Assembly: GCA_035342015.1 (NCBI GenBank)
Contig: DAOQWI010000001.1
Location: forward strand, 270-64,269
DNA from: Candidatus Ozemobacteraceae bacterium
GTDB lineage: Bacteria > Muiribacteriota > Ozemobacteria > Ozemobacterales > Ozemobacteraceae
Reading direction: 5' to 3'
DNA: 64,000 bases
Part shown: one piece after another, positions 1 to 9,400 of the stretch
How the letters are laid out: each line of letters begins with the position of its first letter
How positions within the stretch are numbered: position 1 is the stretch's first letter
Position numbers and translations under genes: made by a program
Notes under the pieces: model-generated
What the model saw: only the letters and a program-made list of their open reading frames with translations
Told to the model about the DNA's origin: nothing
The model's database searches: none

Positions 1-733
1 CGACGGCGATTTCTTCTGGCGTCGTGCTTCCGAGGTTTATACCGATCGGTGCGAAAAGATCGTCAACCCGCCTGGCATCATAACCGGTATTTTTGAAAGC
101 CTGCTTCATTTCGACCATTTTTTTTGCCGAGCAGATCAGGCCCACATAGGCCGCATCATAGCGCAAAACCTTTTCGAGCACTTCCCTGTCTTTGACATGA
201 CCAGGAGTGGCAACAACAACGTGGCAGCGCTTATCAATCATCGCTTTTTCAGCAGCTTCGACATAAGACAGACAGACCACTTCGACGCTGGCCGGAAACT
301 TTTTCGGGTCGGCATACTCCGGTCTCTCGTCGACCAGAGTCACCTGGAAGCGAGCCAGTGAAGCCATACGCGCCAGAGTTCGGCCGATATGACCGGCGCC
401 AAAGATAACCATACGCGGCTCATGCGCCTGCAGTTCGATAAAAACCCGGGCCTCGCCGCCACACACAGGCTCAGAGCCTTCGAGAGGATTCGCCAGATTG
501 AACGTAAGAATTCGAGAAGTGCCGTTTTTGAATAAATCAACGGCGGCAGTGCGCACCCGTTCTTCGTTAACTCCGCCACCAACGGTTCCGACGGTTGAGC
601 CATCACGGTAGACAATCATCTTCTGCCCAACGGTACCAGGGCTGCTGCCGGTGGTTTCGATAACAGTACACAACACAAAGGGCTGATCTTTATTGAATGC
701 TTCTTTCAGTTCCTGAAAAAATTCGGTTGCCAT
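1..733 (-). CDS. XdhC/CoxI-family accessory protein (partial; C-terminus runs off window start)
   Basis: Minus-strand ORF starting at the ATG at 731-733 with a GAGGAA RBS. The translation begins MATEFFQELKEAFNKDQPFVLCTVIETTGSSPGTVGQKMIVYRDG and contains a Rossmann-like segment RMVIFGAGHIGRTLARMA, the typical XdhC N- and C-domain layout. It is absent from the ORF track because it has no stop inside the window. Confidence 0.65.
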   Translation of the reverse strand, partial: MATEFFQELKEAFNKDQPFVLCTVIETTGSSPGTVGQKMIVYRDGSTVGTVGGGVNEERVRTAAVDLFKNGTSRILTFNLANPLEGSEPVCGGEARVFIELQAHEPRMVIFGAGHIGRTLARMASLARFQVTLVDERPEYADPKKFPASVEVVCLSYVEAAEKAMIDKRCHVVVATPGHVKDREVLEKVLRYDAAYVGLICSAKKMVEMKQAFKNTGYDARRVDDLFAPIGINLGSTTPEEIAV

Positions 734-893
734 AGTTTCCTCGTTTGAAAATTTCAGCTCCATTATCTGAATGATTGCATATTTTTTCAACCTATTTAGT
801 TGCAAGTCACTGATTCCAGACATTGTCCGGTCTTTTCAAAAATAAGATTCAGGTGTATGCTCACTGGATTACAATTTTGCCCGGAGAATTCAA

Positions 894-1562
894 ATGCTCA
901 GTGAATCAGAAATCATTTTCCGTTTAGTCTGCTCAGCTCTTCTTGGCGGGCTGGTTGGTTTTGAGCGCGAGATGCACAGCCAACCGGCGGGTTTGCGAAC
1001 TCACGTTATTCTGGCTATCGGATCGACGATTGCCATGGTTCTGTCGATAAATCTGGCCATCAAATTTCATACGGTAGCTACCAATGGTGACCCGGAAAGA
1101 ATTGCCGCGCAGGTAATCTCTGGGATCGGCTTTCTCGGTGCCGGCGCTATTTTTCGCTACGGCTCGGGCGTTAAGGGCCTGACTACCGCCGCAAGCCTCT
1201 GGACAACCGCCATAATTGGCCTGGCAATCGGTGCCGGCGATCTGCCACTCGGTATTGCCGCGACTGGTCTCGTTCTCTTTGTTCTTGTCGGGCTCGATAT
1301 CTTTGAGAAAAAATTTCTGCAGGGCAGCAGCACCAGAATTGTCTATATAAAGGGGCATGACCGGCCATGGTTCATCAGGGAAATAAAAGACCTGCTTACC
1401 AGATTCGGGATCTCGATCAAATCGGTAAGCTTTTCCAAAGATATGCAAAACAACCTCATCGAAATCGAAAGTATCTCAAAAATTCTGCTTGAGCAGGACA
1501 TGGATAAAATGATCGCCGAGTTCTCAAAAATCGAAGGAATTACCAGTTTTAAAATAAACTGA
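894..1562 (+). CDS. mgtC: MgtC/SapB family membrane protein
   Basis: The N-terminal hydrophobic core GGLVGFEREMHSQPAGLRTHVILAIGS matches the MgtC signature. The protein is 222 aa and is followed by an intrinsic terminator. Confidence 0.8.
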   Translation: MLSESEIIFRLVCSALLGGLVGFEREMHSQPAGLRTHVILAIGSTIAMVLSINLAIKFHTVATNGDPERIAAQVISGIGFLGAGAIFRYGSGVKGLTTAASLWTTAIIGLAIGAGDLPLGIAATGLVLFVLVGLDIFEKKFLQGSSTRIVYIKGHDRPWFIREIKDLLTRFGISIKSVSFSKDMQNNLIEIESISKILLEQDMDKMIAEFSKIEGITSFKIN

Positions 1563-1581
1563 GACAAACATATTAAATAGA

Positions 1582-1617
1582 ATCCCCGGCACCGTCGTCG
1601 GGGATTTTTATTTTTTT
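1582..1617 (+). terminator. rho-independent terminator after mgtC
   Basis: Hairpin ATCCCCG..(10 nt loop)..CGGGGAT followed by TTTTTATTTTTTT. Confidence 0.75.
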
Positions 1618-1685
1618 CGGGTTAAAGTTTGACCGCCGGACGCCGATAGTTTTCCTGTAATAAAGAAAATCGAACCGGAGGCAAC

Positions 1686-2888
1686 ATGAGCGCCCTAGCC
1701 CTACTGCAAAACATTTCGAACGAAGCCGATTACCTGATGACCCCGCAGGGTCCGGTGCCAAAGCATTGCAATGAATTCTGGACCGCAAAGCAGCGCCAGA
1801 TGCATTCGCTGCACTATGCAAACTCATACAGGGCCTCATTCAAGCCTGAGCTGCCTGAATTCTTTATTAATAAATACACAAAACCCGGTGACACAATCGG
1901 CGACCCGTTCGGTGGCCGCGGCACAACTGTTCTGCAGGCAGCGCTCATGAACCGCAAGGGTCTGAGCAATGACGTTAACCCGCTTTCAGAAAGACTCGCT
2001 TTCCCTAAAATCAATCCGGTGAGTATCGAAGAAATCAGTGACCGGCTCGACAAAATCGATCTCAGTGCCCCGATCGATCTCGACACTGAAGATGATATGT
2101 CGATGTTCTATCACGCCGACACCTATCGCGAAATAATCAATCTGAGAAATTACCTGCGCACGCATCGTGACAATATTGACCGTTTTATTGAAATGACGGC
2201 GCTTTCAAGACTGCATGGCCATTCAAATGGTTTCTTTTCAGCCTATTCTTTCCCGCAGATTTCGATTCCGAAAGTAAATCAGGCGAAGATCAACCAGACT
2301 CGCGGCGTTGAACCGGACTATCGTGAAATCAAGTCGCGCATACTGAAAAAGGCAAAGACGACTCTGAAAAGCGGCGGACTGAAAGATCTGCAGCGGCTGG
2401 CCCGTTTCCATAGGCTGACCACCGGCGATTCACGCGATCTCAAAGGCTGGGAAAGCGAAAGCGTCAATCTTGTAGTCACCTCGCCGCCGTTCCTGAATCA
2501 GGTTGATTACGTTCAGGACACCTGGATCGAAACCTGGTTCTGCGACATTCCGCGCGAGAGCGTTGAAGACAAGATCGTGCAGACGCCAGATCTGCAGAAA
2601 TGGACCGATTTTATCTCGGCAACTCTTTCTGAACTGCATCGTGTGCTTGCCAGGGGTGGTCTGGTGGCGATGGAAGTCGGTGAAGTGCGCTACCAGGGCG
2701 TAATTCTCAATCTCGATGAGATTCTCGTCAACCTGACCTGTCAGCGCCAGTATAATATGCATCAGTTCAAGGTCAGGGAAGTTTACGTGCAGAGTCAGCA
2801 GTTTACCAAGCTCGCGAACTGCTTCAAAGTTGAAAATAACAAGCTGGGCACGAATACCAACCGTATCGTGCTCATGGAAAAAATTTAA
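1686..2888 (+). CDS. DNA methyltransferase (pfam01555-like N4/N6 amino-MTase; SPPF catalytic motif suggests N4-cytosine specificity), apparently orphan
   Basis: Contains the AdoMet-binding motif DPFGGRGTT...RKGLSNDVNP at about aa 70-100 and the catalytic motif VVTSPPFLNQVDY at about aa 262. A GGAGG RBS precedes the start. No restriction endonuclease gene is adjacent. Confidence 0.6.
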   Translation: MSALALLQNISNEADYLMTPQGPVPKHCNEFWTAKQRQMHSLHYANSYRASFKPELPEFFINKYTKPGDTIGDPFGGRGTTVLQAALMNRKGLSNDVNPLSERLAFPKINPVSIEEISDRLDKIDLSAPIDLDTEDDMSMFYHADTYREIINLRNYLRTHRDNIDRFIEMTALSRLHGHSNGFFSAYSFPQISIPKVNQAKINQTRGVEPDYREIKSRILKKAKTTLKSGGLKDLQRLARFHRLTTGDSRDLKGWESESVNLVVTSPPFLNQVDYVQDTWIETWFCDIPRESVEDKIVQTPDLQKWTDFISATLSELHRVLARGGLVAMEVGEVRYQGVILNLDEILVNLTCQRQYNMHQFKVREVYVQSQQFTKLANCFKVENNKLGTNTNRIVLMEKI

Positions 2889-2909
2889 AGGCCAAACAGG
2901 AGGCAACTT

Positions 2910-3398
2910 ATGCGAATCACGCCATTAGACATCTATCAGAGAGAATTCTCGCGAAAGAACATCGGCGGTCTCGACGAAAACGAAGTGTACGGCTTCCTCA
3001 AAAAGGTCGGCCGTGAATACGAAGCTGTTTACGCTGAAAACAAGTCGCTCAAAGACCAGGCTCAGCGCCTTACCGGCCAGATGGAAGACTATCTGGAACT
3101 CGAAAAGACTCTGAAACAGACCTTGATTTCGGCTCAGAAAACCTCTGGCGAAATGAAGGACAATGCCGAAAAGCAGGCTGAGCTGATCGTAAAAGAAGCT
3201 GAACTGCAGGCTGAACGCATTCTCGATGAAGCACGCAGCGAATCAGAAATGATTGCCAAAGAAATTCGTGAGCTCAAAAAGCAGAAACGCATGCTCAAAG
3301 TTGAACTGCGCACGGTTCTCGAATCATATCTATCCATGGTCAACGAGGATTCTCCGGTATTCGGTCGTATCTCAGAACCGGTAGCCAAAGCTGCCTGA
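2910..3398 (+). CDS. divIVA: DivIVA domain cell-division/polar-targeting protein
   Basis: N-terminus MRITPLDIYQREFSRKNIGGLDENEVYGFLKKV matches the classic DivIVA motif, followed by a coiled-coil remainder. A GGAGG RBS is present. Confidence 0.85.
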   Translation: MRITPLDIYQREFSRKNIGGLDENEVYGFLKKVGREYEAVYAENKSLKDQAQRLTGQMEDYLELEKTLKQTLISAQKTSGEMKDNAEKQAELIVKEAELQAERILDEARSESEMIAKEIRELKKQKRMLKVELRTVLESYLSMVNEDSPVFGRISEPVAKAA

Positions 3399-3402
3399 AG
3401 AA

Positions 3403-3726
3403 ATGAAAGCGGCTGACTGCATCAGGGAAAGCGCAGATGGCGCACTGATAATGGTTCTGGCGATCCCACGATCGTCACGAACAGAAATCGTTGACATACA
3501 ACAGGAACGATGTAGAATAAGAGTGAAGGCCCCTCCGGTTGACGGAGAGGCCAATGCCGCTTTAGTAGAAGCTCTGGCGAAAATATTCGGTCTGCCGAAG
3601 AAAATGGTCATTCAGACCCGCGGGCAGACAGGCAAGCAGAAGACCTTTCTGCTGAGCGGGCTGAGTAAAGATGATGCCTGTAACGTCATCGACAGAATTA
3701 TCTCGGAAAAGGGCAGTAGTAAATGA
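3403..3726 (+). CDS. yggU: YggU/DUF167 (UPF0235) family protein
   Basis: APPVDGEANAALVEALAKIFGLPKKMVIQTRGQTGKQKTFLLSGL aligns with E. coli YggU (APPVDGQANSHLVKFL...KGELGRHKQIKI). Confidence 0.75.
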   Translation: MKAADCIRESADGALIMVLAIPRSSRTEIVDIQQERCRIRVKAPPVDGEANAALVEALAKIFGLPKKMVIQTRGQTGKQKTFLLSGLSKDDACNVIDRIISEKGSSK

Positions 3727-4178
3727 GAATTAACAGATGGCTCTGGGGTCTCTGGCTGGCGATGATTCTTTCGATGCTGATGCGTCAAAAAGCCGACACT
3801 TACATGGTGGTAGCCCTTATCATTCTGCCGATTCTCATCGTCCTGCTCGATCTGCATGAAGAGATTGCCACTCTCAAAGAAGAGAACAAGCACCAGCGCA
3901 AGTTCGTCATGGACCGCTACAACGTCATGCAGGAAAGACTTTCTGATGTTTCAAATCAGATAGAGAAGAGACTGGTCGTCGACTTTGCCGAATTTGCCCG
4001 CAACAACCCCTCATTGGATGAAGCAGGAGCGCAGCAGTTACCCAGACATTCAGAACGGCACCGCCCGGCCCGTAAGCTCAAAAAGCGCCGACGCCCGGTC
4101 GAAGCGCCTGCCATCGACTTCACCCAGGTTTCACCGGTATCAGAGCCGGCTAAAGAACCTGAAAATAAAACTTCCTGA
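3723..4178 (+). CDS. hypothetical small membrane protein (2 TM + coiled coil + basic tail)
   Basis: ATGA overlap with the yggU stop. Two hydrophobic helices are followed by a coiled-coil segment and an RKLKKRRR tail. No recognisable family. Confidence 0.4.
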   Translation: MRINRWLWGLWLAMILSMLMRQKADTYMVVALIILPILIVLLDLHEEIATLKEENKHQRKFVMDRYNVMQERLSDVSNQIEKRLVVDFAEFARNNPSLDEAGAQQLPRHSERHRPARKLKKRRRPVEAPAIDFTQVSPVSEPAKEPENKTS

Positions 4179-4256
4179 TTTTTTTCATTTTATCTGGCGG
4201 ACTGTACCGATTTTTCTTATAATTTTCATATAAGTCCACAGAAGGAAACCAGAAAA

Positions 4257-5051
4257 ATGAAAAGCGCCAAACGAGTATTGCTTATAGCTGTTGCTTTAAT
4301 TCTGGCTGGTTCAGCAAATGTATATGCGTGGGGCAGCAAGATTCACACCAAGATCGTTTCTGATGCATACCATATCATGCCCCAGGCTTTTCGTGAGTAT
4401 CTTGGCGAGACCATCAAACCCACCGCTGCCAAGCCCGCCCTGCAGCCTCTGATGGATGCGAGTCTCGAACCTGACCGGGTTCTCAAAGACTTTGGCAACC
4501 ATGTTTTTCACATTCAGGGCGGAGCCATGGGCAAAGGCCCGTTTCATGTCGAAACTCTGGTGAACGAAGTTGCCGACCTGATTGCCGCCGGCCGCAAGGA
4601 AGACAAACCTCTGATTATCCAGAAACTCGGCTGGATCGGCCATTATGCCGCCGACCTTGTTCAGCCGCTGCATACCGGCTCAAGTGTCAATGACACGATC
4701 GAAGAAAAAAGCTATCATTCCGCCACTGAGCGTGATGCCGACAAGCATGTTCTGCATTATGGTGTTAATTTTGATGGCTGCCAGAGCATAAAGAGAATCA
4801 GCGCCCGTTTGATTTATGAATCACTGTGGGCCAATCAGCATTATGACGCCCTTGAGCAGGCTTACACCCGCGGCAAGAGATACCCGGAAATCAGAAACGT
4901 GATTGTGGCATGCTACTCACGTGCGGTCAACAATATTGTCGATCTGTGGTATTCCGCATGGGTCAAAAGCGGCGGCAAGGTGCTGCCGAGTGATGCCAAG
5001 CCCAAGTTTTTCCCGCCGGTGAAAAAGTTCAATTTTCCGGCAGAAGAATAA
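4257..5051 (+). CDS. secreted zinc-dependent phospholipase C / S1-P1 nuclease superfamily protein
   Basis: Signal peptide ending ...NVYA followed directly by WGSKIHTKI, where an N-terminal Trp is a zinc ligand in this fold. Also carries the GHYAADLVQPLH motif (compare P1 nuclease GDIHQPLH) and several conserved His/Asp. Confidence 0.55.
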   Translation: MKSAKRVLLIAVALILAGSANVYAWGSKIHTKIVSDAYHIMPQAFREYLGETIKPTAAKPALQPLMDASLEPDRVLKDFGNHVFHIQGGAMGKGPFHVETLVNEVADLIAAGRKEDKPLIIQKLGWIGHYAADLVQPLHTGSSVNDTIEEKSYHSATERDADKHVLHYGVNFDGCQSIKRISARLIYESLWANQHYDALEQAYTRGKRYPEIRNVIVACYSRAVNNIVDLWYSAWVKSGGKVLPSDAKPKFFPPVKKFNFPAEE

Positions 5052-5065
5052 GTTAAGATTTCCTA

Positions 5066-5101
5066 AAATATAAAAACCGGGTTGAAAACCCGGTTTTTAT
5101 A
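5066..5101. terminator. bidirectional intrinsic terminator between convergent genes
   Basis: AAAATATAAAA-AACCGGG-ttgaaaa-CCCGGTT-TTTAT: a 7-bp GC stem with an A-tract upstream and a T-tract downstream. It sits between the 4257..5051 (+) and 5132..6469 (-) genes. Confidence 0.7.
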
Positions 5102-5131
5102 TTTTAGATCCGGCCAGACGGCATCAATTGC

Positions 5132-6469
5132 TCAGGCTGGCGGGCGAGACAGGCCGAGCAGCAGACTGGTAGCCATTTCGGCCATCTCGGTGCCGGAACG
5201 GCTCTGCGCGATCAGTTTCTCGATAGCCTGCGAATCGTCGGCCAGACCGAAGGCAAAAGCAGAAACTATCTGCTGATCTGAATTGCCAAAATCCATGAGG
5301 TTGCGCAGAACAGCTTTACCGCTGTCGCCGAAAGCAAGCAGAGAGATGGCCGCCATTTTCCTTACCATCCAGGAAGAATCGGAAGTAAGTGCCTCAAGAT
5401 GCCTGGTGAGCTGAAAAAGTTTGAGTTTTCCGCACAGATAGGCCCCGGCAGAGCGACTGAACTCGCCTGGAGAAACCAGCATTTTTTCGATATCGCCGAC
5501 ATTGTCAGTAAAGCCCATTACCCACAGAGTCTGAATGCTGTCAGCCTGCACTCTGTGATCAGAATCGTTCTTCAGGGCAGCGATTTTATCAACGGTTTCA
5601 GAGGGCAGAACGCCAAGAATTTCAAATTTTTTCTTCAGGGCCATGACTGCATTGGCGCGCACACGGGAGTCTGGGGCGCTGAGACATTCATGCAGAAACG
5701 GCACAGTTTCATCACCGCCCAGTTCGCCAAGAGCGGACACAACAGTGGCACGGGTACGGGGGCTGTCTGATTCTTCAAAAAGTCGACGCATTTCGGGCAG
5801 AGCTTCGGCCGCGCCCAGTTCAACCAGGGCATTGACCGCTGTCAAAACGATTGTCTCTGAACTGCTCTGCAGCAGGCGTCTGACCGGTTCGAGCGCTGAC
5901 ACGACATTTGCCCGCTTGAGTGCCAGAATTGCGACTCTGACCACTTCCGGGTCGTTGTCATCAAGGGCTTTAAGAAAGACAGGGACAAATTTTTCATCCC
6001 AGCGCTTTTTCAGCAGCACCAGAGTTATCCAGCGCATTTCAGAAGTGAAATGCTCAAAACCCATTGCCAGTTTATTGACAGCCTCCGGGAAATTGAAACA
6101 ACACAGGGTTGCAAGGGCCAGAGGCCGGTATGGGTGAGTTTCACGTTCCATAATACGTAATAACGGCAGGTAGACCGTCTGCCGGGTGCTTTCATTGCCG
6201 ACAAAACTGATCATTTCCATCAGGGTGTTGTGAAAAGTTCTCAGATTCTCGACAACCTGATCGCGAATACTGTCGGGCGGCATTTTGCGAATATAGTCGC
6301 AAATGCGCTCGGCAGAGACCGGGAACATTTTTCCCTTGATGAAATCGACCACCTTGCGCTCGACTTTCGAGTTGCTCTCATCGAGATTGCGCAACACGGA
6401 AACGGCGACATCGATCTGAAAACTGTCGTAAGTTTCCAGCATTCCGGTCATTACAGTCTTATCAATCAT
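5132..6469 (-). CDS. HEAT-repeat (PBS-lyase-like) protein
   Basis: Tandem approximately 30-aa repeats of the form DDNDPEVVRVAILALKRAN.., SPRTRATVVSALGELG.., DSRVRANAVMALKK.. It is the last gene of the minus-strand operon. Confidence 0.6.
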   Translation of the reverse strand: MIDKTVMTGMLETYDSFQIDVAVSVLRNLDESNSKVERKVVDFIKGKMFPVSAERICDYIRKMPPDSIRDQVVENLRTFHNTLMEMISFVGNESTRQTVYLPLLRIMERETHPYRPLALATLCCFNFPEAVNKLAMGFEHFTSEMRWITLVLLKKRWDEKFVPVFLKALDDNDPEVVRVAILALKRANVVSALEPVRRLLQSSSETIVLTAVNALVELGAAEALPEMRRLFEESDSPRTRATVVSALGELGGDETVPFLHECLSAPDSRVRANAVMALKKKFEILGVLPSETVDKIAALKNDSDHRVQADSIQTLWVMGFTDNVGDIEKMLVSPGEFSRSAGAYLCGKLKLFQLTRHLEALTSDSSWMVRKMAAISLLAFGDSGKAVLRNLMDFGNSDQQIVSAFAFGLADDSQAIEKLIAQSRSGTEMAEMATSLLLGLSRPPA

Positions 6470-6488
6470 GCAGAATCCCTTTCACAAA

Positions 6489-9400
6489 CTATTTTCCTTC
6501 TATGCGCAGCAGGGCCTCGCGCACCTGAGTCTGCAGGCTTGAATTCGGGTACAGCTGCAGTATCTTTTCGTAATTCTGACGGGCATTGGTATAGTCACGA
6601 CGATAGGTCTCGTAAGTGAAGGCAATTGCATACTGGGCCTTGTCGGCAAATTCGTTGTTGTAGAACTTGTCGATGACCGCCTGCCAGTTTCTGATCGCCT
6701 CATCGTAATTGGCAAAACCCTCGCGCAAAACGAAGCCAAGGCGATAATAGGCCTCGTGCACCACCGGATCGTTCTGCTGAGTATCGATAATTCGTTGATA
6801 GCCGCGGCGGGCTTCGTCGAAATTGCGTATCAACAACTCGTTGGCAAGAGCCAGTTTCAGCTCGATATCGAGAGTTTCAATCGAAATCGGGTGCTCGCGC
6901 GTATAGGCTTCGAGCAGACGCAGGGCTCTCTGACCGTCCCGCAGGGTTTCCATGAAGTGGTCGTAAAGCTTGAGTGTGTATTCTTTGTAAAGCGGATCTG
7001 ACGGATTTTCTTCCAGCCAGCGTTCCATGTAATCAGCCGCTTTCTGGGGGTCGCGCAACTCTTTGTTGTTGAGTTCGAACAGGGTCTTCATTATATCGAG
7101 AGTAGCCAGCGACTCGGGATTGGCGTTCCAGAGGTCTTCAAGCTGGCGCTCAGCCTGTTTGAAGTCCTGAAGATCCTGAACCTGGCGTTCGACGATGGCT
7201 TCCATCTCCTCTATCACCGCTTCGTCATCTTCGCTGTAAACACGTTTAACAACCTTGCGGCCACGAGGTTTGACAGCCTTTTCACGTTTTTTCTCTTCGA
7301 GCCGGCGCAGTTTTGCTTCGGCAAACTCTCTGACTTTGCGAACCTTGCGGTATTCGGCGGCAATTGAACTGAAAAACAGTTCGGTCAATTCGGGGTTGTC
7401 GAGCTTATCTTCAACCAGCGAACCGATACGAATGATCAGATCGAAGTTGTTTAGATGCGGTTCATAGGTGTTCAAAAGCAGGTCGAGGTAACTGACGGTC
7501 TTGACGTAGTCGCCCTTCTTTTCGTAGAGATCGGCGATTTTGCGAAGAATCTCACGGCTGCGCCTGACCGGCGGGTTGGTTTTGAGAAAGTCCTCGTATT
7601 GCGCAATTGCGCGGTCATAGTCTCTCAGACTGTTTTCAAGCACCTTGCCGATAAAATATGGCAAATCTGAGCCACCGGTTCTGGAATAGGCCTTCAGTTT
7701 CTCAAGTTCTTCAACGTTCAGTTTTGCCTCGATGTCGCGCTGCTTTGCGATAACGGCTTCGCGATGCAGGGGGTTGAGCGATCTGAAGCTGAGAAGAGTT
7801 TCGAGATGATTATGAGCCTGAGCAAGGTTTTTGCCGGCAAGGGCGTGCTTACTAAGCCAGTAGTAGGCAGAACGACTCAGCATGCTGCGCGGATATCTGG
7901 TAATCAAAGCCAGATACCATCTGGCCGCTTCTTTTTCGTTCTTCTGGGCGGCATGCATACGGGCAAGACGATAAAGAATCATATCTTTGCGGCAGCCAGG
8001 GTGATAAAGACTGCGCAGAGCACGTTCATACTCGGTTGCAGCCTTGGTGTAGTTACCAGCCTCTTCAAAAATTCTTGCAGCGTAATAGCGCATGCGCGCT
8101 ACGTCTGGCCGGTTTTCAAGGCGGGCAATGGCATTTTCAAGCAACCCAAGTGCCTGAACCCGGTTCTTTTCGACTTTCCAGACTCTAAAAACTTCCTTCA
8201 GACCCTTTTCGCGCTCGATCTGATTTTCAGAGAGCAACACCCGCTGTCGGAAAAGCTTGAGGCGGTTGATGCGGACAGTCAGTTCTTCGCGCATAAATGG
8301 GTCATGACTGGCGGCAAGTCCCTGCTCCCAGTATTTAAAAGCTTTTTCGCTGTCACCGTTTTCAGCAAGAGCGATTTCGCCGAGATGCAGATAGACCTCG
8401 TCAAGGCGGGGAGAAGCCGGAAAAAGCCTGATGAAGCTTTCATAGTTTTCGGTGGCGGCGTTCATATCCTGCAGATTCTCTTTAAGCAGGCGGGCACGCT
8501 CGATAATCACCTCTTCACCTTCAGCGCCTTCAACACCTTTTTTAAGCATATCGCCAAGCTCTGAGAGGGCTTTAATGGCACGGGTATTCTCAGCTCTGAT
8601 CTTACTTTCGCGGAAAAATTCAGATTCGGGGTAAATCAGGGTGATTTCGTAAAAAAGGTCTTCAGACCGGTATCTGGTATTTTCGGCGCCTTCAATCATG
8701 CGCGCCAGTTTGAACATGCGCCCGGCAGTTTCGGGTTCTTCAGGATACTGGTCGATAAGATCTTCAATCTCTTCTATGGCTCCACGTTTTCCGAGTTCTT
8801 CAACTTTTTTCTCGATAAATACCTGAGATTCAGGCAGTTTGAAAGATTCAGAAAAATCGCGCAGCAGAGCTGCTGCTGCCTGATAATCGCGGTCTTCTTC
8901 GGCCTTTTTAACCAGCCGGGTCAGAGCCTTGAGCCTGAATTCTTCTTCACCTTCGGCTTCAAGAGCCCGTCTGACATAAGTAAAATCTTCGGTCAGTTTT
9001 TCGAGTCGCAGACAGATTTCGGGATGCTTCGGCGACTTGAAAGCCAGAGCCGCTTCAAGGGTTCTGATCGCTTCTTTCTTTTTGCCATCGGTTATCTGCA
9101 GTTTTGCCATCTGCATCGAGGCGTCGACGCGCAGTTCATCAGCCAGATTGCGGTCATTGATCAGTTTTTCGAAAAAGCGATAGGCATTTTTAACATCGTC
9201 AGCAAGGGCATAGACAGCCGGAATTCGACACCTGACCTCTTCAGCACGCCTGCCGGCAGGGAAAAACGACAGATATTCGAAGTAGGATTTATTAGCTTCG
9301 ACGTAGTCTTTTGCGAAATGATCCTGAGTCTGGGCAAGCCTGAAAAGAAGCTCTGACTGCCAGTCAGCATAGTTATGCCGCTGCAGCAGTTTTTTCGCTT

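Noticed and set aside
740-893. Possible Mg2+-sensing leader (M-box-like) upstream of mgtC.
   Set aside because: The 150-nt leader is AT-rich and I could not recognise M-box conserved helices or any convincing terminator/antiterminator pair by eye. It needs a covariance-model scan. Not reported as a feature.
7764-8564. 266-aa ORF on the + strand inside the giant TPR gene. Similar long antisense ORFs: 11280..12230, 19375..20034, 32090..32770, 45734..46288, 56716..57264, 59473..60135.
   Set aside because: All lie wholly inside much longer, motif-rich genes on the opposite strand. They are low-complexity or Arg/Ser-rich shadow ORFs with no RBS and no recognisable domains, typical antisense artefacts in GC-balanced DNA.
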